DNA of 64,000 nucleotides from Tubiluchus corallicola (GCA_030141605.1 JAQGDQ010000042.1:744001-808000), one strand, 5' to 3'; shown: positions 47,525 to 61,777, numbered from the stretch's first letter. Notes: a model not told the origin generated them from the sequence alone. Made by a program: numbers and translations.

Positions 47525-50500
47525 TCAAAAATGTTGCCAATCATAGGATAGTAAGTTAGCGTTTGATTCAATACAATGGGCTATTTCCTGCGGGATACGA
47601 TGCTGCAGCCAGATTGAATGCAACTTCTTGTAGCGCTGCTCGTCTAAATGAAGAGGATTTCCACGTCGAAGAAGCCTGTCTGTTTCACCATAGCTGTCGA
47701 GATATGGTGGCGGGTAGAAGCACCCTTTAGTTCTCCCAGATAGCAAGAGGACTTGACACTGCCTGACCATAAGGAAAATTCCAATACTTGCACCACACGA
47801 GTGTGCATGGTAAGTACATGCACCCACAGGAGTCTTGTCTATCTCTGCTTGACAACAATAACTCTGAGAACACAACATCTCGCCACATATTAAACACATA
47901 GTTGGTACTCGACTGTCATCCCTGTCAGAATTTGGGCAAGTAAATACAGCCGCTTGATTTATAAGTTCACTATAATCATGCGGAAGAGAAACCAGTTGAC
48001 TGACTGAGAGGGGATACTCGACAAAACTGCTACTACCTGCTCCCTTCAGAACGGCAGCTATTCGAGGATGACCGCACCACTTTGTAACCAAACTATTGAC
48101 TAAATTTCTATCTTCGAGTAACTTTGTAAATGACTGGGGCAAAGACAGGTATGCAGAAATAGTCTCAAACTCACTACTGGAGACTTCAGTCAGTAATTTA
48201 GGTGCTTGAACATTGGTAAGGAAATGAAAGAAAATGGCTGCAGTCCTGAGAAATGGACAACAGGCTGATTTCACCTGGCGAACCAACTCTACACCTGTTG
48301 GAACCATTGTGGGTTTGATACCACAAACTGCACAGACAGTTGCATATAATTCCTGGAGAACAATGCCATCTCTTGCCTCTTTCTCAGAAGAATATGTGAT
48401 TTGTTTTGGAGGTTTTAAGAAAGTAGGGTTCACTTCCATTCTATCAACAGTAGACACCTGGCTTGATGCTTGAACAACAATTGTTTGGACTATATGAGCC
48501 AGAAATGCAAGATGCAGAATACTTTTCTCATTAATTCGACCACAAGGTACCGACTTCAGTGATTGTCTACCTCCTTCTGCATATAAGGCAGGCAGAGCAA
48601 AAACAACACTGACTAGATAACTAAAGAAATCAATAGATAAGATACATGGAGTATCGTCAGCTGTTCCTGTTCCGCCGAGGATAGATAATAACTGAATGCA
48701 GTGACTCTTCAGTATATCCAGGTCAACAATATGGCTGATGACTGCACCTGTTCTCACCACAGCACTTAAGCAATCACCATGACGCATTGAAAAAGCGCCA
48801 AGTAGTGGCTTTCTTTCGTTACGTAAATGCCATTCAAGAGATTGTATTGTAAAAGCACAAGTTGACCATACTGCTACTGGGACTCGTGGATTGTCACGAT
48901 GTGGCAAAGCATCGAGTCCAATTGTATAAGCTGCCTGGGCATATATTTGCAACATATCTACAATATTTTTAGACAGTTCCCAATTCCTTGCAGCCTCAGC
49001 ATCCAACACGTAGTGAAACAACTGTCGCACATTATCAGCAACACTGTCTTTCAATAGTTTGCACACAGCAGACAATGTATCGGGTACAAACAAGTCAAAC
49101 TCTTCACCTGGCGTGTCTGTTGACTCCGTAGTATGTTTAACAGTTCTACAAGACACAATAGTCTTATCCAACACATCCAACCAATCACTCATGTTTAATT
49201 CAGACGTTTCAGTACTGTACGATGCCAGTACTGACAAAGGTGGCAATAAGGGAATTACAGTATTGCTTAAGTTTTCACACAATGGGCACAAAAACTCGTT
49301 TTTATCTACTTCAAAACACAACTGATGTCGCAATCGTAACGGCCGTCGCCTCTCTTTGGCTACAATAGAATCAAAGTACTTTTGCCAACACTCTGCATGC
49401 ATGACATGTCCACATGTGCCAGTGTGAGTTCCACATGCTAAATCGGCAGGCATGAATAAAGGATTATACTCCATTCGTTCATGTGTTGCTCTCCTACATG
49501 ACTTAGACATGACTGTTGACTTCTGAACATATGCTGCAAGTACCATAGCTGGACCATCTGGTTTGATATTTGTTGTTTCTTGGCACAGAATACATATCCC
49601 TTGCTCACTTGAAATAGTTGGGTTTGTCTTATGAATGCCAATAGCTATTGGAAAGTCAACTTGTACATCCATATTACTCATGTCAACTTCAGAACTCACG
49701 GGAGTTAACTCAGTGTGAGTATTATCAAACAGTTCCTTATTTTCTTTGATAAAATTCTTTTGCATTGCTGACATTTGAGCTAAGATCTTTTGACGTCTTT
49801 GTGCTGCTAATTTGGCCCTCTGTTTTTGCTCTGACTCACATGCCTGAGTTTTCTTTTGAACTTCAGAACCTAATTGTATTACATCCAGCGACTGAAATTC
49901 AGTGCTCTGCAACTTACTTACATGATTAAACATCCGTATTACCCATGCAAGAAGTTGTGAATGTGCTTTACCATGTGCGTGGTCGACTAGTTGCTCCAGA
50001 AGTTTAAAGACATCCTTTTCCAAAGCTCGTCTGACAAAAGAGATGCGATATTCTTCCTTTTCTTCAATCTGTCGTTTTTCTTCTTGCAGGGCTAATCCGA
50101 CTAAGTGCAGCACTCTGTGGAGCTGAGGTTCTGAAAAGGACCTAGCTAATCGCATTGTTGCACGACTTAATACAGTTTGCATAATCAAGAGCATAATATC
50201 ACAATGTAGCAATTCATTTATATTCTCGAACTCAGTGGTGAAAGGAGGAGGAACTGGGGGTGGACTACCTTCCTCTTCAGAATTTGTTTTCTGTCTTTTC
50301 CTCTGAGTCTCTTCAGATTTTGACTGATCAGATCGAGTGTAGTGAAAGAAGAATGGATTGTACAATTTGTACCAGTCTTGTTTAAGCTCATACATTCCTT
50401 TCACTGATCCTTGGGGCTTTTTAAAGCAAGCAACATCATTGATAACTTCTTCCAGCCCCGTCTCATAATGGTTGTTCTCTGGCAAGGACTTTGTAAGTTC

Positions 50501-53500
50501 ACTGTGTGCCATTGGTCCGATACACAGCTGATGGACTATCTCTCGCCGTAAACAATCAGCAGGCGTCACCTTTCCTATGCCTGGAACATACCTTTCACCA
50601 ATGATTACAAGTAGCAGTTGCAAAAATTCCTCAACAAGAGCAACTGTCTGACGTAGAGTGTCTTCTTGAGCTGGTGGTGGATGCCCCTCATAAGCACTCT
50701 TAATCCACACAAGCAGATGAAATCTGTCCATCAGCATAACAATAAAATCATTAGCAGGCACTGAAGAAGCTGCTATCTGCATCATTTGTATATCACGATC
50801 CATCATTTCACCACGAAAGCGAGAATCATGATATAGGTAAATCTGATGCAACAAAGAATAGCCATTTCGTCTCCACATTCCCGCATAACTCTGTGCCACC
50901 ATTACTTGACATCTGAGTGGATATTCCAACATTTCTTGAGGCGTAGGTCTGTTGGCAATGCGTAATTCTGGAGACTGGTCTGTTAAATCAAATTTTCCAA
51001 GACTTATATACAAGCTCGCAAGCAAGCGGCTGACTGGAAGGTGTATAGAAACTGGCTGAGAGACAACATCATAATCGACACACAGAACACTGTGGCCTTC
51101 AACTTCCTTTTTTGTTTGCTGGAATCTTCCCTGAATTGACCATAGAGTATTTAATGCTAGTTTGTATGCTTCAGTTAATACCTCTTTATCAGAGGAACAC
51201 CAACCAATTATCAATGAAATATTCATGGCAATTTTCAAGTGCAATGTAAATGCTGTTTCCCACTCAGGTTCATACTCAATATGCTGACCTACTTGCCTAG
51301 TAACCGCATCCATACCTTGCATGCAGCTAATTAACTCAAGCAAAACCCTAAAGCCATTCAAGAAGTTTTCTTTTAATTTTGCATTCCAACTATCTGGTTG
51401 ACAAATCAGAAGGTATTTGACATCGTATAACATAAATGCAGCCCGATTTAGTAGTTTGCTGTATTTGCCATTTCTATCAAAAGCTAGCTTTCCAGAAACT
51501 TTATAATCAAGGCACTGTTTATAGAATTCATTCAGTATCAGTGCCAACAAATTCTGTTCTTGAATAAGTGAACGAGCTAGTGTTGGAATCGTGAAAATTT
51601 GCACAGATAAGCTGGTACATGACATGTTGTGTTCATGGTCATCATTGATAAATGCCTCAATCAATTTTGGATAATTCTTAGCGAATATCATTGCAAAATT
51701 GCGCTTGCTGTCCTGATCCATGAGGCAGCTGGACATAAATAATTTATGACAATGAACTCTGACAGATTTCCACAACAGTGTGTCAGCAAGCAGAAATAAA
51801 TCTAGGAAAGAAAGTGTTTCAGCTGCAGTGCTTGGATCCAACATAAGCACTTCAAAGACAGATAATTTTTCAAGCTCTGGGACACCGAAATCAGTTTTGG
51901 AACGAAGAGAGAATATACCTGCCATCAGCATGTTATTAAAAAGCTGTCTTATTCCATCAGAACACCCGACAATCTGTGCCGTCCAGGTAAGCAAGCGAAC
52001 AGCAAAGTTTTGGTGAGCAACAACGCTGCTGTGCATGATAAATACTTTTAAAGGCTGACTGTCACGTCCTGGTATAGTGCGACCTATAAGTTGTCCTACG
52101 CTTTTGCAATGAGAGTAACTAGCATTCATTACAGAAGTACGACCCTCTCTGTCCACAGTAGTTGCAAAATCAACGGCTTCTTTCTGAGTGCAGTCTACAG
52201 CGCGACCTAAAATTTTGATTACCTGTTCATAAGTGTGAACTTCATCATTATATAACATGCAGCAGTATGTATCCCGTGTTTCAGAAGGTCTCAAATCTTC
52301 AGCCACAACATTGCAGTCCTGCCAACATATTTGCTGCAACATATATGGAACAATACACAATAGCACTGCATCAGCACGTTCACGCAAGTCTGTGGGTAAC
52401 TGTTCAAGCGGATTCTGTACTCTACCAGCAGCTGTGCCACCTACGGAGTGACTATCACAGTATGGATCTGACTTCCAAGCTTCCTCATCTCCACAGTCAC
52501 AATAACCGCCACCACCGGACGTGCTAATTCTATATCGATGTTTTTTGTGCACACTTTTCTGAAAGCATTCAATGCACAAAACACAAGTCGGATCCACACA
52601 ACAATCGCGACACGAATATGTCGGTTCTCCCATTTTGAACACCTTGCCACAAATTTGGGGTGGCTCATCTAAGCTTTTCAATTGTCTAAACACCTCTGAC
52701 GGTTCGCCGCCACAAACAAATGCTTCCAGAGGGTAAAACAGCTTCTGCCTAATTAATTCTTCATCATATGTGGGATTTACTGCTTGTTCTCCGGGACTCA
52801 AAACAAGAGGCACAGTTTGGCGCCAGTATGCTCTCAATGTCTTTGTGAATCTCCCACCGTGAAGGCTTTCTTCCCATCCTTTGAGTAACTCAAGTAATGC
52901 AGGATCGTTGAATGACATGATCGCAGCCAGTCTAAAACAAGAAAAATGCATGGTCACACTAAGGATGAAAAACAGACCAGCACACAGCATTATATATTGT
53001 TTAATAAAAGAGGTGTCTATAAAAATTTAGATATAGACAAGATAATATTAATTTATGCTGCTACAGTATTCTATAAATGTACATTTATCACGTAAATTCA
53101 TGTGAAATACAAGTATGGGCACAAGTCAACTGCCATTATATCAACTGTTCAATAAAACTGAATAACAGCACTTTTTAAATCTACGAGTGAAATGTTGACT
53201 AGTAAGATCTTACCACCAGTAATAAAGTGAGTGTAAAAATGCATCAGTGAATAAGCGAATCTAATCCAAAAACTTTTAAAAAAGTTAATTTTGTTTCTAA
53301 AAATACAGTCACAGCAATGAAAATGCAACTTTCATTATTTTTAAGTCCATAACTCGTGGCACTCATTGGAAAACAGTGAAGTTGTATAGTAAGTATGTCT
53401 ACAGCTAGATTCCATACATGTTATGCAAATATTATTAAATATATTGACGTATGAATTGCAGCAATTCACAAAATTAGGTAGACACACACACTTTCGACGT

Positions 53501-53948
53501 AAATGTACAGTAGCAACAACTAAACTGAAATTTGCTATTTTGCCTTTGGTAAATACAGCAGTTTTTACAAATAGGTTTTAGAAAAGTTAAGAAGCTGTAT
53601 TTTCAGTTAGAATTTCATGTTATTTATTTTTTAATAGTAAGCATGTATAATACTGTTACAACTACATGCTAGCAAAATCTGATTTCTGAGCAGTACCTAT
53701 GAACAGTAATATGTTCATTCCAGATATTACTTATAGCTTACATAATTTCTAAGTATAATAATCTATATTACTGAGCTCAAAGCACATTAACATACCAGAA
53801 AACTAAGAATAAACTTCACATCCTCATCATGTGTGTGTAGATAGTTTTTCATACACGTAATTTAGATAATGATACCTTACAGGAAACCGCGGCCCTCGCC
53901 GAGGCTCCCAGTCCTTGAAAAAGGACTTTCATCTCTGCCCTTGCCCAT
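47525..53948 (-). CDS. UBR2: E3 ubiquitin ligase UBR1/UBR2 (N-recognin), ~1797-1824 aa; one giant exon plus a short first exon
   Basis: Continuous ORF with UBR box (CGKVFKMGEPTYSCRDC..CVLCIECF..HKKHRY..GGGYCDCGDEEAWK), ClpS-like LYNDEVHTYEQVI, RING-like CILCQE..CGHVMHAECW..FLCPLC and the conserved C-terminus PYLDSYGETDRLLRRGNPLHL. Acceptor ttcttgttttag|52931; upstream donor GTAAGG at 53880. ATG 53948 in exon 1 splices in frame (68 nt) to exon 2; a second ATG lies at 52918. Probably co-orthologous to vertebrate UBR1 and UBR2. Confidence 0.95.
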
Positions 53949-54000
53949 CAGCCCTTAGGGAACTAATGGGCTGCTGCAATGCTGACACAAATAAATTGTT

Positions 54001-54031
54001 GCCAATGACAACGTCACCGTAGTGACGTAGT
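54001..54031 (-). promoter_or_regulatory. Putative UBR promoter elements
   Basis: CCAAT (54002) next to an inverted pair of CRE-like half-sites ACGTCAC-cgta-GTGACGT (54011-54028), just upstream of the GC-rich first exon. Confidence 0.45.
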
Positions 54032-56944
54032 TGCAGATCCATCTTTCACACTGAATGTTGAGCATTCGTCAAAGGATAATACAAAGTTAGGAACGTTGAT
54101 TTTATAAAGAACTTCATGATAGGTTCAAAAATAAACGAGTAATTTTTAGTGATCTTATGATCATAAATTTTACTGAAGAAAAACATAGATTATTTATGTT
54201 TCCAGAACATGCTTGGTAAAATGCTTCCTTGTATATCAGTCTGCAGTTCAAATTCGGTAGTCAAGTCCTGGACTTTTCAGTCCGACTCCTTAGTATTTTA
54301 GGCATGAGTCACTAAAAATCGAATACGCATTCTACATTACTGAGAATGTGGTGATGAGTGAATACAAGCAGGTATCAATTTTTTGCATATTATGTTCATG
54401 TAACCCTATTACTACAAAAAAATCTATTAAATGCAACCTCGAATTAATCGTAATATTGACGATAACCTTGGTAAATAACAAATGAATACTATAAATAATA
54501 CATCTATCAAATGAGTATAAAATCGTGTTTTAGTTGACTTTGTAATTTGAATATTAAATTTTAACTTTTACCCCCAAAGTTGCTTAATTTTTTGGCAAAT
54601 GTGGACTTCGCATTAGCATCTTAGTTCAATAATAGGCTTATGGACTTTGCACAGTTAAATTTACAATGATCTAATTCTAATGATCTATTTAAAATGAATA
54701 AATAAACATAATTGTGTAATGATAAATCCGCCGGGGAGGCATGTAGTATCTACAGTAAATATTTTTCTAGTACAATCATAACAATGTACATGTATGTACA
54801 AGTACTGGTGTGGAACATTAACAGATTGCATGACAAGTGCCCTTTCTAATGCAGTTTGATACAGGAACAACTCTGCAAAGTTAAGTTTTGTGTAAATAAC
54901 ACTGACAAAGTTTTTATATTTCTGTCATGAAATTCATGAGAAAAAATTTGTAAGTAAACCCTGCAACACAGATAAAACAAAACAAAATTATAGTGGTGTG
55001 CGAGACAAAAGATTCTAGTTCAAAATGAGACCAATAAAACTAACTGATTAATAAATGACTAGCCAAACCCCGCAAAAAGAATTTTGCGCATAAACTCACA
55101 ACAACAACCCACACCACACAACCACCCATCACCCCACTCACAACACACCACCCGCACCACACCCACACAATAACATATTCACATACTGTGCACACTTTTC
55201 TTAATTTTGAAACTACAAGGTTGTTTTTCATTACTAGAAAGACAGTTTGTCAGTAAAAAAACTATTTTCTGTTTTTCACAGTGCTCTACATTTACAATAC
55301 AAGACAAGAACAAGCACTTGCCAGTTATACGTTTTTCATTTTCTGCCACCTATGTTTTCCAGGTTTTTCATGAAATACTCCTACATAAACTCTGTAGATT
55401 TTTTGCAACTGGATTGCTGCCTCCAAGCTTGTCAATGGCCTCACTATTAACAGTTTCAATATCGGAATGGTTAATATGAATGCTATACTCATCGCCAAAT
55501 GAACTTGTTTAAGAAAAACTCTTTCAAACCGAGCAAAAAATTAATTCTTATCATGCATATGCCTTTAGTTTGCATTTTAGTCTTTTTCAGGCCAAACTGC
55601 TTCATCAACATTAACTGCCCTAAGAACCCTAACTGCCATTTTGGTTCTCGCTACAGCTGCCATATAATAATAAATTCAAGATCTCTTTGACTAATTTTTT
55701 TTGATGATCAAGGCCTCCAAATTCCCTTTCCAAGTTCTGTCAACAAACATTTCAGTAGTGAATAAAAAACCAGACTGTATTGAAAAAAATGGGGACAGGT
55801 AGATTTTTTTAGAGCTCTGCCTGTCCCTATTACCGGCAGAAAAAAATTGCTATTTTATGGCATCCTGTCAAGTGCAACATACGTCGTGCAGATTTCTGGA
55901 AAAAATAACCAACAACAGCAGAATTCGCCTGTCTGTTTGTCTTTTGTTACAGAACAATCTGTCTGTCTATGTCTTCTTTCTGCCATCCTCTCTCTGGTGA
56001 GAATATAAGTATGTCAAAATTCTGCGCTTCTTGAAATCATTTCTTGCAGACGATTGTTTTACATCATCAAAAAGATACACAGGAGAGTTATGTATTGTGT
56101 GGAAATTATGTAAAAATCACTTTCAGGGGCGTAGCGGAGATTTGGCCACCCTGTGTGGGACCAAATTGGCTGTCCCCTTCCTTAAACGTAACACCATATA
56201 ATTATTACATTAGCATTAATATATATAATAGAAGTAATCTTATGGTCTGAATGTTGGAACCAATACAATAATTATTTATAATAATATAAATGAAATCCTA
56301 AAGCTCCTACCCGTTTCCTAATGTTATGGTCTACACAATTTTTTTCTAGCAGCCTTGCATTTAAGAAATCTGCAGTGTCAAACTGATTCAAGCATTGTAT
56401 ACTGTATGGATCTGTACCTCTAGTCACTGCCTTTTTTTAAACATTGCATCCTGTATGTATTCATTTTGCAATCTGTTTGACTCCCAGATGGCTCCACTGT
56501 TTTCATTAGCCGTATGTCATGGTGTCTTACAGTTTGGGCTGTCGGCAAAAATATTCTAATTTTATTTATTATCAACTATTTAGTGTATAAGTGTTATAAG
56601 TTTTTGTTGCTGTTGGTATTCGTGTATTGTCATTAGTTTTCCGTTCCTTTCATTCCTGTATTGAATAGCAGTCATGGATTAGTGTATTCTGTTCGCGTAT
56701 CATGTACTGACCGATTGGCTACCCTGTGCAGTCCGCACATACCATGCTACACCACTTTACATTTAAACGATTAGTCTTTGCGGAAAACCACTGTATAAAC
56801 GGGCTCAATAGAGTTCTTTCGTCAATATACAGCTGAATTATGGTACGGCTGAAGCAAAGATGACACATATAAAGATAAACCGATAAGCTTAAGGGCAAAG
56901 TTAAAGGATAAATCAATGGAGAAACTGCGGAGATGAACAACACA

Positions 56945-57002
56945 ATCGAGCCAGGATTCAAACCTGTGTGTAGTTGGGCGAGAAACAAGTACTATGCTAT
57001 AT
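56945..57002 (-). mobile_element. Possible tRNA-derived SINE head (degenerate)
   Basis: Minus strand reads catatagcatagtac...cacaGGTTTGAATCCtggctc: a B-box-like motif with a weak A-box at roughly tRNA spacing. Confidence 0.3.
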
Positions 57003-59272
57003 GTCAAAAGTTTCAAGACTGAACGTTTAAATAAAATTCTTCACATATAACTGAACTCATATGCTGAACTATCCAGTACCCAGTGCGTTATTCCATATTT
57101 GCATCAGTTCCGACTGGACTGTTAACAGTCAGCAAAATTACTAAATTATTAAAAGCGAAAATGTAAAAAGTACTAATTTGCGCGCCAGCTTTACTTACCA
57201 GTAAAAAAGAAAAAAAATTATATTATTTTTAAAGACAACGTTCCAAAAAATATTAACATCGCAATCACGATGACCCTGACTCATTCATTTTCTTATTTTC
57301 CATTTTCCTAATTTTTTGGAACTAGCGCTACCTTTTATCTACTTTAGTTATTACTCAGACAAACATCTATGACTTGGGAGGTTGATCACAATTACTGTAA
57401 TATAACTTTTGCAATAAGGGCCCAAAAACTTCAGAGCAATTTGTTATTATATTATTACTATAACTGCTTAGTAGTTTGTTTACTAATGAGGTTTACTCGG
57501 AGTTACGTTCACTGGTGGTCGAGGCAAAAAACTTAGAACTTAATGAATAGCGAATAAAACGTTTACTATGGCAGTCAAAATTAATTTCACAGAAAGTAAT
57601 AAAACTTAATAACGTTGTCCATCTCGGCGACTCCGACCTGCCGTGAATGCCTCTCAAACCTCAGGACAGAGTGCCTGACCAACCCGCAAACAATTGCAGA
57701 AATTGTATCCTGGCGCCATCTTCGAGGTAGTTAAATTCACCGCAGTTAAAATTAGTATTACTGAATTTACTAAACTATTGAAAAAACCTATTAAAGTTGA
57801 TGTCTTAGCATTTCTGTAATCTGACCTGAGAGTCAACCTATCTTCATCATCATGTACTAGTTGTGTGCTTCTAATTTTTTCCATTAGACGAAGCGTAGTT
57901 TCACGAAGCATGTACTCAGTCTTTTGTATCTAATTTCTTTCAAAACGATTGACTTTAGTTCCACTTACTTTTTACAGCTTATGTCAAGATTGCTAACTTT
58001 TTTGTCTGGTTAAAATCAAACTGTCATAATCACAATCACATTCAAACAAACATCATGATAATCACAGTAATAAAAATATATAAATCTTTAATGATCATTA
58101 AACTTATCGGTTTGGTGTAAATGTTGTCGCAGTTTTTGTCTCTTTCTGTCATGTTTTCATTGTAAAGCATATTGCCTTTTCTTTTTCTTTAATCACTCTC
58201 AGCTCATCTGTGATTTCCGAAGTAACAATACCGTTCACCAAACATGCCAATATGGAGAAATGCAAAGCAAAGTAAAACTGAAGAATAATTGTATATAAGT
58301 GGATAAACAATTACAACAAGCACCTACAATATTTTGTAGAAAACATTTAACAAGCATGTAAAACAACTGTTTTCATTTCTCAATTAGAATTAAAGGCAAG
58401 CTATTCAGTCTTCAGTCTTTCGTTATAAATTCGAGAAACAAAACAGTTATTGGAGTTAGGTGGATGAATTAGGGACTGTGCCACAGCTTGTCACCCTACA
58501 CCATTCATTTGACTGAAATCACTATAACTGTGAAAAAGTTTACCACAAAAATGAACATTATTAACACACATTATGACATTACTGCGATTCCTTTATTTGC
58601 ATAGCTTTTTTTATAGCAGGATACTGTTAGCATTAGTGTTTTTTTGTTAACTAACAATGATTGTTAACAACTACTATGCCAAAAATGACAAAACATGAAC
58701 ATATTATTTATTATTATACAACATTGCAACGATCTTACACGGCAACAATGTCGAACTAACGTGGATACTCAGTAGCAGAACTGAACAGAAATGAGTCGCC
58801 CTTAGCTCAGTTCAGCTTTTGTGATGTTGCCCACAATTATTCAATTTAAATAATCTCTACATTTATAGTTATCATAATTATATGTTGTAACGTAAATATT
58901 ATTTTATCTTTCACCTTTCAAGAACATTGTACATAGAAACGACACACGACTTGCCAAAGGCAGTACTCAAACTATAGTAGGTTATGAAACAACTTTCTCA
59001 CAGAGAAAAACTGTCAGCAATGTATGAACATCTCGTCACTGCTGTCAACGTCATTACTATTATCACGATTACGATCGTCATTGTCTTTCGGTGTTTATTA
59101 AGAGATTATATTACACTTGATCCAACAATCGCGTTATTTGCATGGCAAATACTACAGTCAATAACATTATACAAAGATAAAATGTAAAACATAAAAATTT
59201 ACAATAAAGTCATATTGTTATATTGAATAGTAATTATTATTTTGTAAACTCATAATAAAAACTAATAATCTC

Positions 59273-59834
59273 TGGGGTGTCTCAAAAGTCTCTTATACAC
59301 TTTCACTTTTAATTTTCTTTTTAAACTTTTCTCCGATCTGGGCAACCTCTTACATGCATCAAAAAGGGTCATTGGCAATTGTTTTTACTTATTTTTTGAC
59401 TTGAGTCCCATTGCTACGACGACCACAATAATTCGAGAAATGAGGTACAAAATTCGCTGGCATGAGATTCCTCGATCACCAATTGAAGTTTAGCGGAAAT
59501 TTAGAGCGCCATTTAGACCACACTACGTTCTCATTATTAGCAATGCAGTTTCTCAGCAATGCGCAGCCCTTCTTCACCACTAACGACCTTGGGTTGTGAG
59601 GAACTTTCTCAGTGCAAGATGTCCGACTTGCCATTGGATTTGTCTCTGACGGGATGTCTTCGAAGAAGATAGCAAGAACAGCAAAGCCTATTAGTGCATT
59701 CGTCCTTTTCGTCGAATTTCACTAAAAGAATTGCCGAAGGTCTTAGTTCATCTGTATCAATTTTCACACATTTTGCTGTGATTGTTAAAAAATATAAAAA
59801 ATGTAAACTGTATAGTGATCTATGAGACACCCTA
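59273..59834. mobile_element. Internally deleted Tc1/mariner-like DNA transposon
   Basis: Imperfect ~30-bp TIRs gggtgtctcaaaagtctcttatacacttt / aaactgtatagtgatctatgagacaccc, with TA on the right flank. Internal remnant SPIEV*RKFRA resembles a transposase N-terminal HTH. It sits ~70 bp beyond the METTL7-like stop. Confidence 0.6.
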
Positions 59835-59904
59835 TAGACATTTACAATAGCTCATTTAGCAAAAAAATGATGAAAAAATAAACTCAGCTGTCCACAATTC
59901 AGTT

Positions 59905-61777
59905 TTACTTTGTGGCAACACCTACGATATGTGTGTTTGTAAAGAACATTGGAAACAAATTAGCATCAAAACGTTTTTGTTTGTTGGTGGAAAATCCAGC
60001 TCTTTCAATGGCTTCCGACGAATGCCGCATGAGGTCGCAGTATCCAACTGTGTAATACCAAATATGGTAAGCAAAAATTTGCCCCCACCAGTTGATGCTT
60101 CCGCGGGAAGCACATACGTGTTCGAGGTAGTAGTATTTGCCTCCCTAAAAAAGCATTAACGTTTTTTATAGCAAAGTATTAGTGCGGCTTGTTAAAAGAA
60201 GAAGAACGGCGTAACATGTTGTTCAGCCGCCTTTTCCCCTAGCCTTCAGGTAATCAAGTAATTTAAAATTATAAGGTGAGTAGAAGTAAGTTAGTATTAG
60301 TTTATTTTTAGTTGGAATATAACTTTTAAAAACACAAGTCACGTGACTCCTTTCCGACCATAAAATGAAGCAAGTAAAATGCACAGGAAAACACAGTAGA
60401 TTTAAATTTAATATCAATGACATAAAGTCAATAGACTGTTTACTCAGACTATAATGCAGTATTTAAGCATGTTTTAGCTGTATCAGATAATAATCTGAAC
60501 TGTATAGTAAATATAACACAAATTTTGCACAAAGATAGTAAAGGAATGAGGGCATAAAGAACTATCACTTTTCTCGTCAGAATGGTGTGTACTGTTTAGG
60601 CACAATAGTAAATATTAGAAGGAGAAATTTATACTGCTGTATTGCTACTACAAAGTGCCCATTGGTTATGGATTGAAGATGTGAAATACAGTTATAAATC
60701 AATTAAAATCGTATATATAAAGTAACATAAGATAGGTAGCGTGCAACTTAAGTTAAAACTGACATAGAGAAGATCTATAATACACATTTCAACAGCCAAA
60801 TTTGTTATACGGTTTTTCACTTACACATGATATGTGCGATTTGTGTGTACAAATATGCAACTATAATTAACAGCTAGTTAGAGTGAAGTGCAAAGTGCAC
60901 TTATATGGACTGAGAATGTCATATGTTGGTCAATATGTCCCTCCAAGAAGTTTGACCAATTTATCACAAGTTATGTTTGAACCGCAATATTGATCGTTAT
61001 ATTTTCACAAAGTTATTCAAAAGTGGCGCTGCAATTACTGCCCGAAGTTTATCTGCATTTATTTTCATTTTGTTAGACTTGAACCACTCAGTGGCTTTCT
61101 CGGTATTTGAGAAGATATGGACGACATGGGAAGGAAGTCAAAAGTTTTGATCCAGTTTTAAATAGTCCGAAACCTCCCAACAGGAGTAGGACCCCGAACC
61201 AACATGCAGTCAAACACAATACCATTCAGCCATTGTTAAAACAACCTGTTTCTGAACGACATTTTCTTCAAAAATAGCAAGCCTGGGAGCAAACTCTGTC
61301 TGTAGTTGACAAGCGAATTATGTAATAGTCAGAGTGCTAGTGGGTATTGCCAAAAATTTTCTTTTGCATCTAAAACGAAGACGATGTTGTACAAAATGTT
61401 GGAAATACAGTTTTTACTTAATGGAACGGCAACACTTAGTATAGCAAACGAAGAAAGCGACATACCGGAACAAGAATGCGCTTTATTTCTCTCAGAACTT
61501 GATCAGGATCAGCAACTGAACAAAGTGCAGCGGTGGTGACTACAACCTCAACGCTCTCGTCCTTCAGAAAACTCATTTCTTCTGCGCCTTGTATTCTAAA
61601 TGTGGATTTGATGTGAGGTGCCTTTGAAAGTTCTTTGTCAAGGAAACGTCTCCATTCTGGAACGGGATCCACGCATGTCACGTGGCATCGAGGATAGTAG
61701 GTGAAATTGGCTCCTGGTCCAGATCCAATTTCAACAATGTGGAGGTTGTTTTTTTCGGGAAGCGATCTAAATAGCTC
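59905..61777 (-). CDS. METTL7A: METTL7/TMT1-like SAM-dependent (thiol) methyltransferase, 5'-partial (last two coding exons)
   Basis: Exons 61777-61466 and 60144-59905 (TAA), phase 0. ELFRSL..IVEIGSGPGANFTYYP..VTCVDP..EVVVTTAALCSVADPDQVLREIKRILVP|GGKYYYLEHV..YCDLMR..IERAGFS..HIVGVATK. The upstream coding exon was not identified in the window. The symbol indicates the family, not strict orthology. Confidence 0.88.
61045..61290 (-). mobile_element. Possible highly decayed LINE (CR1/L2-like) reverse-transcriptase fragment in the METTL7-like intron
   Basis: Minus-strand EKATEWFKSNKMKINADK resembles the W-x3-N-x-L-x-L-N-x2-K RT motif, preceded by weak KQVV and GPT remnants. Confidence 0.35.

Noticed and set aside
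52932-52990. Hydrophobic N-terminus MLCAGLFFILSVTMHFSCF as a signal peptide on UBR
   Set aside because: This is the polypyrimidine tract and acceptor of the intron, read in frame by chance.
56124-56180. Complete hAT MITE starting CAGGGGCGTAGC
   Set aside because: Only one end is visible; I found no matching TIR or TSD.
61085-61300. Duplicate or alternative last exon of the METTL7-like gene
   Set aside because: Similarity is only superficial and contains stops. The true GGKYYYLEH exon is at 60144-59905, and this tract fits a LINE relic better.
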